Assembly: GCF_018977255.1 (NCBI RefSeq)
Contig: NW_024704742.1
Span: 112,780,001 to 112,844,000 of the forward strand
Length of the DNA stretch: 64,000 nt
DNA from: Callorhinchus milii
Lineage: Eukaryota
Reading direction: 5' to 3'
The translations under genes and the position numbers were made by a program. Each line of letters opens with the position of its first letter. Position 1 is the stretch's first letter. This document shows positions 14,261 through 25,994 of this stretch, piece by piece. The notes under the pieces were generated by a model that searched no databases, was not told the origin of the DNA, and was given only the letters and a program-made list of their open reading frames with translations.

Positions 14261-15170
14261 ATTTTTCACTCAAACAAAAGACATGCACTTGGAATCTCAC
14301 TCTGCTTTCAAGTGGGTGATACGTATGCCCAGTCCAACAGAGCTTCAATAGACCTGCCTTTAACTGATGCCCTTTGCTCACAGCCATCAGTTAAAGATGA
14401 ATCACATGAGTAACCGAGCCGAGGTCAACCAAAATGTTTCTGGATGTGTTATTTTAATCAAAATAAATGGTTGCTATGTATGTTTAACATCAATATATGA
14501 AGACTATTTTACTTATAAATTCAATATGTGTCAGGGATTAAAGTAACTAAGCCCAAATAATTATTCCTGAAAATACTGAAATAGACATTTCATTCCCAAG
14601 AACAAAACCTAAGCAGTTGACAAGAGGGCACCTTGAATGCTGAGTATTTCATACAGACAAAGAATATTATTGATAGAATTAAAGCTATAAAAGGAGAATA
14701 GTACATTAATTCAGATGTGGAGTGTATAAATTTGTGTCGTGTTGGTTCAAAAAAGAGAACAGCTTCCTGGTGTGTTGTGAGTGGTACTGGAAGCAATGGC
14801 AGAGGAGAAGCCAGGAGACTTTTGATGGGCAAGGACAGTCTCCAACATTTAGTCACAGCGGGAATCTGTGTATCATGCATAACATCAGTGCTGTCTCAAC
14901 TACTCAAACAGCTTAGCAGAAGGCCTGGAAGAAACTGCAGAATGTAAAGAAAGGGACCAGGATATTGCGTTCATATTTCTTTGTAGTAGGCCGGCAGAAC
15001 AGATGTGTGAATATTTTTCGAGAAGCTTAAAATTCCTAAGGTGCACTGCAAAATTGTAAAAACCATGCGGTTTAAGTTGCGAGATTCACAAAAATATTAT
15101 AAATAGCATTTCTCTGATGTGACCCTCAAGAATTGGAGCTCGGATTATTGCTCTCAGTTCCAAGTCCTCT

Positions 15171-15306
15171 GTGTCAATCTGGCTCAGTTGGTATCATCCT
15201 TGCCTCTGATTCAGAAGGTTGTGGGTTCAAGCCCCACATTGGGGACTTGGAACTCACATAGTCTAAGTTGACACTCCAATGCAGTCCTGGGTTTGTGCTG
15301 CATTGT
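15171..15306 (+). mobile_element. Deu-domain SINE 5' head fragment
   Basis: tggctcagttggta...gcctctgattcagaaggttgtgggttcaagcccc...gttgacactccaatgcagt. Confidence 0.8.
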
Positions 15307-15679
15307 GATGCAAGTCAGCTGCATACTCTGCAAATACACAGTCACTGCTCATTGCAGAAAAAAACTGTGAAATATTTAGATGAAAGGAAAGGCCTGGCTC
15401 AATTTTCTAGTACTGCTTAAAATACAGCAAACATATATATATTTTTAAAAAGATTCTAACCATCCAAAATTACCAGGTGAATCTGAGACAGAGTTCAGAG
15501 CATGAAACTTGCTTGTAAGATATATCTGGATTAATGAATCACAATATGGAGGAGTTATCTACTGACAAGCAGAATCACTGTGTGGATTAGTTTGATCACC
15601 TTCTGCACCGTCCAACACATTTGGAAATCAATGTTTCCAAAGTGCCTGCTGGTATCTGAGAACGAACAGCGGAGTGAAA

Positions 15680-15960
15680 AATCCAATGTTCAATGTGATA
15701 ATTATGACTGGCTATAAGTATCACAGTACCATGATCCAAATGAATTTAACTGATTTTGGAGTGAAGAACCAATAACCCCCAACACCACCATCAGCATTCC
15801 CAGCTTTGGCACAAGAGAAGCTTTTTGCCACATTTTTTACTTCCCACTCAGCAGTGCTCCTGATTCGTTTTTTCTAGCTCGAGATGAGTTTGAGAGCTGT
15901 TTCACAAGACACTGAATGAGTCAATCCAGTATCTAATTTCTAGCTGGACTGAAATGTAAT
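15680..15960 (+). pseudogene. Putative fossil hAT transposase C-terminus (dimerisation domain)
   Basis: Manual translation: CDNY..HDPNEFN*FWSEE, FPALAQ (shifted frame), FPLSSAP, VFSS (shifted frame), RH*MSQSSI*FLAGLKCN; order matches FW-FPxL-PxSSA-ERxFS-RxRL-ExLxxLKxN. Confidence 0.5.
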
Positions 15961-16017
15961 GATCAGAAACAACAAGCACAGCACTGAAATCTTCAGACAT
16001 TGTGCTAAACTCCAAAC

Positions 16018-16164
16018 CTGTTAACAGTTCAGAACAGGCTGTCTATATTGCAGAACGGGTTGTCGATAGTTCAGAACAAGCTGTCTGGAGTTCAGAACAG
16101 GCCGTTGATGTTTAAGAACAAGCTGACAGTGGTTAAGGACAGGCTGTTGATAGTTAAGAACAAG
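16018..16164. repeat. Minisatellite, 7 x 21 bp, consensus ctgttgatagttcagaacagg
   Basis: Seven contiguous units parsed by eye; exact 21-bp period, many substitutions, no indels. Confidence 0.92.
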
Positions 16165-17489
16165 TTTAGGCTGCACTATTGAGTAAAGTGATAAATGATC
16201 ATATCCAATATCATATTTTCTTTCACGAGTTAAATGAATGATTGCTCCTGTATGTACCTCAAAATGTGATTGTGGGAAATATAACTAAGCTACTACAGCC
16301 AAAAAAACACTTAATCCTTGAATATTACGCACAGGGTATGTTGTGTAAAAGCTTTGTGAGATTTGAATGCAATGAGCCTGATAATGTCCATCAGGCTAGT
16401 TTAATGCTACACCATTCACAAGAATGTATGACTTGAAGATCCTTGGGTGGGGGGGGTCGAATAAACGTCATTGCTGAGATGTTTTTTATCACCTGGTGTA
16501 AAGGACCATGACTCCCCAATTACACAATATGTAACGAACAATTGTTTGGTGCAGCTTTCATCTGTTGTAGTAATCAGTGCCAGGAAATCCAGGAAGAGAA
16601 TGATGACTTAAATCCAAGATCATCTGCATGTTTTTCAATGAGGCTTCTCATTGCTCATAAACCCAACCAATGGCAAAAGGCTTCAGGTATTGAAGCATGA
16701 TTTATTTTCAGTCTGAGGTTCCCCCAATTCATCAGTAGATTTTCTGATGAAGTAACCAGATAACATTGCTTTCATTCTCCTGAGTTTGGTTCAGCTGGTG
16801 TTGGAGCACAAACCAACACTATTATCCGTACTGTTCATCCTCTTCCAGGAAAGTGGTTGTTAGAAATACAACACTGAACATGATCATTATCACCAATGAC
16901 GATGATCATATTGTGAGAAATCCTCATCCCAGTGATGGTCCAGACTAGATGACTGTCCTCCCAATGTGAAAGGCGAGATATAAATACAATTTATTGTTGT
17001 TGTTCTTGAGCATGGATGAACTCCCTAACTTCATGTAAATAGTTGGATCTAAAACAGCTTGTCATTGAGATGGCCCACAAATGGGATATTTTAGAACCAA
17101 TACCCAGAATATTGGCATAACAAATTTAAAAGTTAACTTAAAAGAGAATTTTGCAAATTGCCTCTGAAATGCTGGGATCCATGCAGTTGCAGATTTAAAA
17201 AGCACCATGGGAATGGCTTTATAGCCGCAACATACTGCATTGAGACGAACTATCTACAAAATGTTGAAGGGAGAATACTCAATGGAACATCTCCAGGAGC
17301 AAATTATCACATCATCTGTTACATTGTTCAGCCGCCAACTGGTGTGAAAATCATATGTTTTAGCTGCTGATTATTTACCAAGGAACGGAGATCGAGGGCA
17401 TCCTAAATCTGTGGAAACATATTTAATGTAAAAAAANTCAATTTTGCAGAATTACTTTTGTTCCCTTGAGGCATATGCCCTACATGCAG

Positions 17490-17860
17490 CCTAAACCATT
17501 TTGAAAAGGAATACCTATTCTCTCATCACAGCATCAAACTGCTTTTTAAATGAATCTGGTGTCCTGGCCTCAACCACCCTTCTCAGCAACTTGTTCCAAT
17601 TGTTAATTAATGAATGTGTTAAAGGCATGTCTTGCTTGACATATCTATCAGATATCTTTGATGAAATAACTGAGAGAATAGATGAAGGTAAAGCTGTGGA
17701 TGTGGTATATATGAATTTTCGGAAGGGATTTGATAAGATGCCACATAGGAGCCTTGTTAAAATAATTAGGGTGCATGGTATTAATGGAAAGGTAGCAGCA
17801 TAGAATGTTGGTGAAAAGATAGGAAGCAAAGGGTGGGAGTGTAGGATTGTTATTCACAAT
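17490..17860. mobile_element. Two CR1 fragments in opposite orientation (minus 3' region, plus RT region)
   Basis: Minus: INNWNKLLRRVVEARTPDSFKKQFD; plus: VKGMSCLT..EGKAVDVVYMNFRKGFDKMPH. Confidence 0.8.
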
Positions 17861-18074
17861 GAAGGTTATGTAAATAGTACAACAAATAAAATTGGTAATT
17901 CACTCGATGGCTATTTGTGGAACATCACTGCATAAGTTGGCTGCTGCAATCACCTACAACATATTATGAAATGACACTGCAAAGAGTTTCACATGAAAAA
18001 TGAGTGGTGTGTATTCTATAAAAGCATATTTCAGAAAATATTCAGAACATATGTGAAGTGTTTGTTGGCCCGAG

Positions 18075-18812
18075 ATGAGTACAAACTTCCTGCAGCTGAA
18101 TGTGGACAAGACGGAAGCCATACTCTTTGGCTCCCGGCAACGTCTTCACTCTTGCCAATCTGAACTCCTTAACCTCCCTGAGTTCTTCCTCAGATTCACC
18201 AAAACCAGTGTGCAATCTAGGTATCCAGTTCGATTCCCAACTATCCTTCCTCCCCCACATCCAGTCCCTGACCAGGAACCCTTCCTCCACCTCCGCCACA
18301 TTGCCCGCCTCCTTACCCCTGTACCTTAGCCCGCATACTTATCTGGACCAAATTCCATACCTACATCTCACCAGGCCAGGCTTCACTGGCTCCTTATCAC
18401 CGAATAGATCGGCTTCAAGATTCTCACACTTGTGTTCAAATCGCTTCACTCTCTGGCACTTCCCTACCTCTCCCACCTCCTCACCTCCAATCCACCACCC
18501 GGCGACTCTGCTCGACTGACATCTGCCTCCTGCTCATCCCTCGCACTCTCCGCTCAACCATTGGAGGTCACGCTTTCAGCCACTATGCCCCAAAACTTTG
18601 GAACACTCTCCCTCAATCCCTTTGCCTTGACCCCTCTCTCCCCTTTTCAAGTCCTGCCTGAAAACCTTCCTTTTTTGTCCATGCTTATGGTCACCTCCCC
18701 ACCCCCACCCCCTCACTCGGCACGGAATCAGGCTCTGCCACTGCTAAGCTTTCTGAGATGCTACCCTGAGTGGAGAGCACTATATAAGTACAAGTTGTTG
18801 AAGTTGTTGTTT
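18075..18812 (+). mobile_element. L2 LINE 3' part, family B, internally deleted
   Basis: MSTNFLQLNVDKTEAILFGSRQRL, FKSLHSLALPYLS; tail gatgctaccctgagtggagagcactatataag. Confidence 0.92.
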
Positions 18813-19199
18813 GTGCACCAACTACAATCATTCAGTCCAAGGCGCCTGATCCATGGAACAAATTCTGCAAAATGCATGAAACACTTTTTTTCACATTGCT
18901 TTGGAAGAACTGAATGCAAGAATGTTTAAACTCCCCGTGCATGTGCGACTTTTAGCATTAAATCTAAAGAATTTCAGCCAACTGAGATATTGGAAACTTC
19001 GTTTTCTGCAAACATTTTACTTTGCTGCAACCCAAAGGACAGAGTTATGACAAGCTGCAGTCACAACAACTTGTATTTACATACTGCCTTACACAGAGAA
19101 AATATCTCAGGGCTCTTCACAAAGATGGAATAGGAGTTTGAGCAAGATGGAATATGGGATCAGAGGGATTTAAGGAGTGGCTTCCAGGAATTTTATTTG

Positions 19200-19440
19200 G
19201 ACAGCCAGGCATCTGATCCTGTGGAAACCTATCATCACCATGCTTAAGAGTATTTGAGAGTTCCAGGTATGCCGCCTACACATGGAAATTGCCGTGCCTG
19301 GAAAGGAATGCACATTCTCTCCCTGAGGGGACACTCAAGGCACTATACATTATACCCTTTCCAGTACTAAGCCCATCACTCCCATCTTCGCCAGACACCA
19401 CTAGCTCTCTATTCCCCAGCGGATCTCAAGATCCAAAGTA
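19200..19440 (+). mobile_element. Old repeat fragment, probably Tx1/L1-clade LINE ORF2 C-terminal region
   Basis: Aligns by eye to the reverse complement of ~44840-45000; translation KALYII..SPDTT resembles the Tx1 KxLY..PDTxW motif. Confidence 0.45.
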
Positions 19441-19806
19441 TATTTCCTTTTTATCATGTTTAGAGCTTCTTGCCTGCTGATACTGATTTCGAGCTTTCTT
19501 ATTTTATCAATAATTGTAAATTGCTTCTACCTAGACATGTTTTGAATAGATTGTATAACTTATCCAATTCTCTTGTAGATTGATCTCTGCAAATATGCCA
19601 TCTGCCATCATTAAAGCGGCAAAGGTTTATTGATATAACACATTCTCACAGTGCAATCCAAAGATTTCATTGAAGTGGACCCTAGGGAAAAAATGATAAG
19701 GATAATTTTTGCCTTCTAAGGTCGTTTTCTTTTTTTAAAATCTATTTTCAAATATAATCAATATTTGTTTCCATTCTGGGGGATCAATTTCCCTTTCTCC
19801 AAATAA

Positions 19807-19880
19807 ACCCTAAAAATACAATATAGCCTTCAACACTAAAGATACCCTAAAAATACAATATTGCCTTAAAAACTAACAGT
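19807..19880. repeat. 37-bp tandem duplication (2 copies)
   Basis: accctaaaaatacaatatagcctt... then accctaaaaatacaatattgcctt... Confidence 0.85.
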
Positions 19881-21393
19881 ACCACTGTTTTTGAAAGCCC
19901 TGCTATATATTGTGTAATCTGGTGACAGTATTTTGATAACAATACTTTGCTTTATAGTTCCCATTCCCCACATGTATTCTGATTCATTTTAAGAATTGGA
20001 AAAGACAGTAAAGTTGTATGTTTTATAAACACTGGGAATTTATATTCATATACCCGTTTGCACACCATCTTCTCAGAGTTGTTTATTTTGCTGTGTATCT
20101 TTCTGAGTTAAGAAGAAAAAAATTGTTCATCACTAGCTCCAGAAATCATTTGAAAACAGGTACTAGTTCCATATCCCTAGTTTCTCCCATTATTGGTCAT
20201 CCTTTCTTCTTCAGAACAACTAATTCAAGTGCAGTTTGGATGGAATCCAAAACCTCAAAATGGGATAATATGATTAGTCAGTAGACTGAGCAATTTAAGT
20301 CCAGCGTTGGTCCTTGTGTTGTGGCTATAACCTGAGTGAATTTCATTCAGAGCTGCTGACTAGTACAGATTGGAAAGATTGGGAATTTCAATCAACCTCA
20401 TACTAACCTTCAAAATTAACACAGTACCCTTGTCCCATCACCAAAGTCAAGATGCAGCTTGGGCAATCTAAAGCACATGGAGAATGATTTATACGGAATA
20501 TTCTATAGGTTATTTTAAATATAGAAATATTGTATGCTCATCTTCCATAATATGGTATAGTCTCTTCTATGTATATTTGATTGTTTCTAACATTGTGAGG
20601 GTTTTTAGAAAACGTAAGAAATGTAACAATTCACAGCTGTTTGTAGCAACTGTGCAGGGAAGCAGATTATAATTTAAGTTAGCAGTGCAGAACAATCACG
20701 TCAGTTAAGTCATTCAAAAGTGTATTATTCCACAAAGCATGTGAAAGGAGACGAATATAATTAGCAGTAATTTTGTCAAAAAAGCAATGTTGCCATGACA
20801 GTGAATTATAGTTCCTTGTCATTCAGTCAGCTCTTATAGAATAATTTCCTTTTACATTAATAGAATATCTTAATCTTTGTGAGTGAATGGAAGATGGGTC
20901 ATCAATTAATATTTCACAGTATATCTACTTGAGAAATGATTTTCTGCAGAACTAAAATATTTAATTATTAAAGTATTGAATGAAAAGGGTAACAATTGTT
21001 TCCAGTGTAAAGATGCTAATGTGACTATAAGGGGAAAACCCATTATGGCCATCATTGCCAAAGCACACGGAGCACACGATCTGTGTAAATGCTGAATGGA
21101 ATTTTTACCCCAAAAGATGCCCGTGGTTGTTGTTGTTGTTGTTCCCTGTTTTTATTTATGTTTTCAATTTCCTCGAATACACAGAAGGAAAAAATCAAGC
21201 TTTTATTTCATTGGGATTGGAGTTTTCCTGAGACCATGAGCTTAATGTAAATTCTGAACCATGTGCTATTGGTTTATATTGTGCTAAACTACAGCATCAA
21301 GGAAAGAAGCACAAAGAAAGAAAAGAAAGCAGTGGGTTGCAGAAATACAGCAAGCCCATGAAGATATATTAAGTATATTGCATATATTATTAT

Positions 21394-21759
21394 TAATAAT
21401 AATAATCCTTGCAATTGATATAGTGCTTTTCACATCTTCTAGATGTTGCAAATCGCTTCACAGAATATACTGTAAAGTGAATTGACTGTTTTGTGGGCAA
21501 AACACGGCAGCCAATTGCATACATCAGTGTCCCACAAACAGTCGGGATTGAGTGACCAAATTATTATTATTTTTTTGAGGGATTATTATCCCCAGAAAAG
21601 TAATCCATCATAAGACTAACAACCAGGTTCCTACTTACTGCTAGGTAAACAGAGGCGGCTGGAGTAAGGAAACTTGTCCAACATGTCACCCTGCCAGGAA
21701 TAGAACCCAGTTCTCTCGCTTGCGAGGCGAGTGCTCTAACCACTGAGCTACAGGACTCC
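21394..21759 (-). mobile_element. tRNA-Ala-derived SINE, long variant with extra ~70-bp core
   Basis: Head ggagtcctgtagctcagtggttagagcactcgc; tail (att)n; segment 21591-21660 absent from other copies. Confidence 0.93.
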
Positions 21760-22089
21760 AAACTATGATCAAACTATCATTGATAAAAATGTCTCCCAAT
21801 TTTGCCTTGAGAAAAATGAAAGAAAAACAAAGTGTAGGGTCAGAGAGAGAGAGAGCAAATAATGAAAAGCATTGCGTCAACTTACTGATAATAGGTCAAG
21901 CTCCAGGGAACTAAGCTGTACAGTTATCAAAGGCCCAGAATTAATTGCTTACTAATTATATCTTTAATGCAGTGAGTAAATGTACCTCACATCTTCCACC
22001 ACTGAATTGTATAATTTGTGTCAGGGCTCCTGCATCACTTTGAAAAATGTTTACAGAGATCAGTACATCTGCCAGCTCATTTGTGGATC

Positions 22090-22380
22090 TTATAATGTTG
22101 TGACGCCTGCTGAGCAGTGTGACACGTCTGATTACAAGCCTTAGATCATTGAGCTATGAGAAAAGGCTCCGAGAGCTCAATTTGTTCTCATTCAAAGAAA
22201 GAAGATCGACGGCATGCTGGAAGTACTTAAACTCATGAAGGAGATCGATAAGATGGATGTGTGCATGTTCTCTGTGCAGAACCAGGAGAAAAGAACCAGG
22301 GGATGATTAGGAATTGAGAAATAGCAGGAGCTGAATACAATATAAGATAGAAATTTATTCAAACTTTGACTTATAAACCA
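22090..22380 (+). mobile_element. Degraded CR1 3' ORF2 fragment
   Basis: ttgagctatgagaaaaggctccgagagctcaatttgttctc = LSYEKRLRELNLFS; agaaccaggggatg. Confidence 0.7.
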
Positions 22381-22439
22381 TTTTGCTTTTATTCTTTTTC
22401 TACCACCCTCCCTTCTTCTCATCTCATAGTGTCACAGAT

Positions 22440-22715
22440 ATGAGATACACCTCTCTCCCACCTGTACTGCATCAAATAGCCATTCTTCCTTTGTGAGAGC
22501 CAAAGCTGTTAGTTAGTGAGGACACAACTGTTCAATATTCCAGGGTAAATGTTACAGTCTAGCCTGAACCTTCCCTGAATCATCATACCCCTATGTGCAG
22601 TTTCCAGTACAGTGAACAGGAGCTCAATTCCTGAATTGTTTTTCTCCCATCCCCAACCGATTGGTACTGGGCAAATGTTTGGGCCCCCAGCTAACTCACC
22701 ACAGACTGGAGATGG
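22440..22715 (-). mobile_element. Degraded ancient SINE-like repeat (related pieces ~30490-30590, 31060-31270, 46775-46815, 47920-48090)
   Basis: Shared motifs such as cagctaactca.cacagac, tcctcacctgacatc, cacacc.ctttccagca; resembles a chondrichthyan SINE recalled from memory. Confidence 0.4.
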
Positions 22716-23069
22716 AAATAAAAAGAAGTAACTCGCACTTTTATACCATCACTTCACTGGTAATCACTGTCAAATGTAGTAACTGTTTCTTTGCAAGCAA
22801 ATGGAGCACCCAGTTATGCCAGCAAGGTCTCACAAAGAGCCATAAAAATTACTAATTAAAGTGGGAAAAACCAAGAGACTCCCTCCTCAATGTTGTAGGA
22901 TCTTTAATGTAAATCTGAAAGACAATTCAAACTTCCAAAAGTTGCACTAGCACTGGAAAGTTGAAGCAATAGAGCTTAAACCACCAAATCATGTTTCCAC
23001 GAACCAAGCCCTAGGAGCAGAGTAACCGGCAGCGTGAGGTGGAACAAAATGAGAATTCTGTAAACAAAT

Positions 23070-23286
23070 TTGGTGAAAGTGGAAATTCTGTGCAGAGGGG
23101 CAAAGAGGTGCATAATTATAAAATATGTAACAGTTATATGTAAATATATAATAGTTGTATAATAGTTAATAGGAAACAATGGCGAAAGGAGTAGTCAGCC
23201 ATATTTGCAACCAAAGATTTGACTCTTGCATGGTATGTTGCTTCTCTGGTGCCAGGGTTGAAGACATTGAGGAAAGGATGTAAAAC
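23070..23286 (+). mobile_element. CR1 ORF1 (esterase/SGNH-like) fragment
   Basis: Manual translation of 23173-23280: ETMAKGVVSHICNQRFDSCMVCCFSGARVEDIEER, matching the CR1 ORF1 VCCxPGARVxD motif. Confidence 0.75.
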
Positions 23287-25800
23287 GCCCAGAACTGGGC
23301 ACAGTATTCTAACTGAGGCCTAACCAGTGTTTTATATAGGTTAATCATAACCTCCTGATTCTTGTACTCTTGTACTCTTGTACTCCATGCCCCTATTTAT
23401 AAAGCCTAGAATCCCATTTGTCCTTTTTACAGCCTTATCTACCTGTCCTGCCACCTTCAAGAATTCATTTACCTACACCCCTAGGTCTCTCTGTTCTTTT
23501 ACCCCCCTTAAGATTGTATTACCAGCCTATATTGCCTCCCCTCAGTCTTTCTACCAGAATGCATTACTTTGCATTTCTCTACATTGAAACTCATCTGCCA
23601 TGTGTCTGCCCATTTTACCATTCTGTCTATGTCTTCCTGCAGTTGGCCCCTGTCCTTCTTACTGTTTACCACCCCACCTAACTTTGTGTCTTCTGCAAAC
23701 TTGGAAATGGTACTTGCTATACCCAAGTCCAGATCATTTATGTATATTAAGAAGAGCAGTGGTCCTAATACCGATCCCTGGGGGACGCCATTGTACACTT
23801 CCCTCCAGTCAGAAAAGCAGCCGTTCACCACAACTTTCTGCTTTCTGTCTTCCAGCCAGTTCTGGATCCATGCTGCCACTCTCCCTTTTATACCATGGGC
23901 TCCTATCTTTCTTACAAGACTTTCATGTGGCATTTTGTCAAATGCCTTTTGAAAGTCCATATAAACTATATCAACTGCACTACCTTTATCCACCCTTTCC
24001 GTTACCTCATCGAAAAATTCTATTAGATTTGTTAGACAAGATTTGCCTTTAACAAATCCATGCTGGCTGTCCCTAATTAACCCATATTCTTCTAAGTGAA
24101 GATTTATTCTGTCTCGGATTATAGTCTCCAGGAGTTTCCCCACTACTGATGTTAGGCTGACTGGCCTGTAGTTCCCAGGTTTGTCCTTCTGTCCCTTTTT
24201 GTACAGGGGAGTCACATTGGCCACTCTCCAGTCCTCTGGCACCACTTCTGTGTCCAATGAAGATTGAAAAATTGTAGCCAAAGCCTTCGCTATTTGTACC
24301 CGTGCCTCCCATAGTAACCTTGGTTGCATTCCGTCCGGACCGGGCGACTTATCTACCTTCAGCGCAGTCAACCTTTTCAGTATTTCCTGTTTGTTTATAC
24401 TTATCCTATCCATTTCCTCTACCCTCTCCTCCGATACTGTGGCATTTGGTGCATCCACTTCTTTTATGAAGACAGATGCAAATTACTCATTTCCCCCTTG
24501 GTCCTTAATTGGTCCCACCCTACCTTTGACTAGCCTTTTTTCCTTGATATGTTTGTAAAATATTTTAGAATTCCTTTTAATGTTACCCGCTAACCTTTTT
24601 TCGTATAATCTTTTTGCCCCTCTTATTTCCTTTTTCAAACCTCTTCTGCACTTCCTATATTCGATTTGGTTGTCTTCTGTATCTTGGGTTTGACATTTGT
24701 CATACGCCTCCTTTTTCTGCTTCATTTTAGATACAATTACCTTCGGCATCCACGGAGGTTTGGAAGCCCTACTTTTCCCTTTTGTGGGAATGTATTTATT
24801 TTGTCCCCGAGCTATCTCATCCTTGAAGACTTCCTACTGCTCTTTACTTGTTTTACCTGCCAATCTTTCTTTCCAGTCCACCTTGGCTAGGTCTCTTTTT
24901 AACTCATTGAAATTTAACCTCTTCCAGTTGAATATCTTTACCTTAGATGGTTCCTTGTCTCTTTCCATATGCACTTTGAATCTAATGATGTTATGATCAC
25001 TATTACCCCGATGCTCTCCCACTGAAACCTGCTCCACTTGTCCTACTTCACTCCCCAGAACTAGATCCAGCACTGGTTCCTTCCTTGTTGGGCTGGAAAC
25101 GTACTGATCAAGAAAGTTGTCCTGTATGCGTTTTAGGAATATTTCCCCCTCCTTGACCTTTGCACTGTCGTTTTGCCAGTCTATGTTGGGATAATTAAAG
25201 TCTCCCATTATCACGACTCTATTGGCTTTGCATCTGTCTTAGATCTGCTTGCAAATCTGCTCATCTATTTCCTTCCCGCTATTTGGTGGTCTATAGTATA
25301 CACCTACCAGCGTAACAGCTCCTTTTTTGTTCCTTAACTCTAATAGATTCCGTTTTGGAGCCCTCCAGCACCTCGACCCTTTCCACCGCTATAACCGTAT
25401 CTTTGACTAACATTGCCACACCCCCTCCTTTTTTTCCTTCCCTATCTCTCCTGAATACATTGTAGCCAGGAATATTCAGCTCCCATTCCTATCCTTGCTT
25501 GAACCAAGTCTCTGTTACTGCTACTACATCGTATCCCCCTATGACCACTTGAGCCTGCAGCTCACCAATCTTGTTTGCTAAACTCCGTGCAGTTAGGCAC
25601 ATGCACTCCAAAACTGACTTGACCTGTTCTGCGCTTCCCCTCTGTTTTATTTCTCCATTTTCTAGCTCTTTGTTTTTTGCATTCCCTTCCCCCCTCAAAA
25701 CTAGTTTAAACCCTCCCCAACAGCATTAGATAGCCTGTCTGCAAGCACATTCGCCCCAGCCCTGTTTAGGTGCAACCCATCCATATGATATAGGTCCCAA
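23287..25800 (-). mobile_element. CR1 LINE body: ORF1 C-terminus, AP-endonuclease and RT; lacks 3' end
   Basis: WDLYHMDGLHLNRAGANVL..VGEGLN* (ORF1 end), YDVVAVTETW, IMGDFNYPNIDW, SDHN, 316-aa RT ORF 23508-24458, ends at RPQLEYCAQFWA. Confidence 0.97.
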
Positions 25801-25990
25801 TTGCGCATAGCAGTGTCCCATAAACAGTCGTAGATTGAAAATTACCAATTTATTATTATTTTTGTTTTGGAGGGATTATTATTAGGCATGTGGAGAAAGG
25901 AAACTTGCCCAAGGTTTTGCCCTGCCTGGAACTGAACCCAGGTGTCTCGCTTGCAAGGTGAGTGCTCTAACCACTGAGCTACAGGACTCC
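25797..25990 (-). mobile_element. tRNA-Ala SINE, 3' tail missing
   Basis: Head and middle match the other copies; stops at ccaattgcgc, at the CR1 junction. Confidence 0.93.
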
Positions 25991-25994
25991 ACAA

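Noticed and set aside
14717..14947. Possible exon/ORF in unique sequence
   Set aside because: No recognisable domain, no convincing splice pair, and length within chance.
16018..16164. CRISPR-like array
   Set aside because: Units are contiguous with no unique spacers, no cas genes, and the context is vertebrate.
17437..17437. Single n base
   Set aside because: Assembly ambiguity next to a poly-A run, not a feature.
23569..24052. ORFs 23569-23952 and 23600-24052 (also 9697-10077, 31675-32376, 61347-62285) as host genes
   Set aside because: Antisense, off-frame or frameshift-fused readings of CR1/L2 ORF2.
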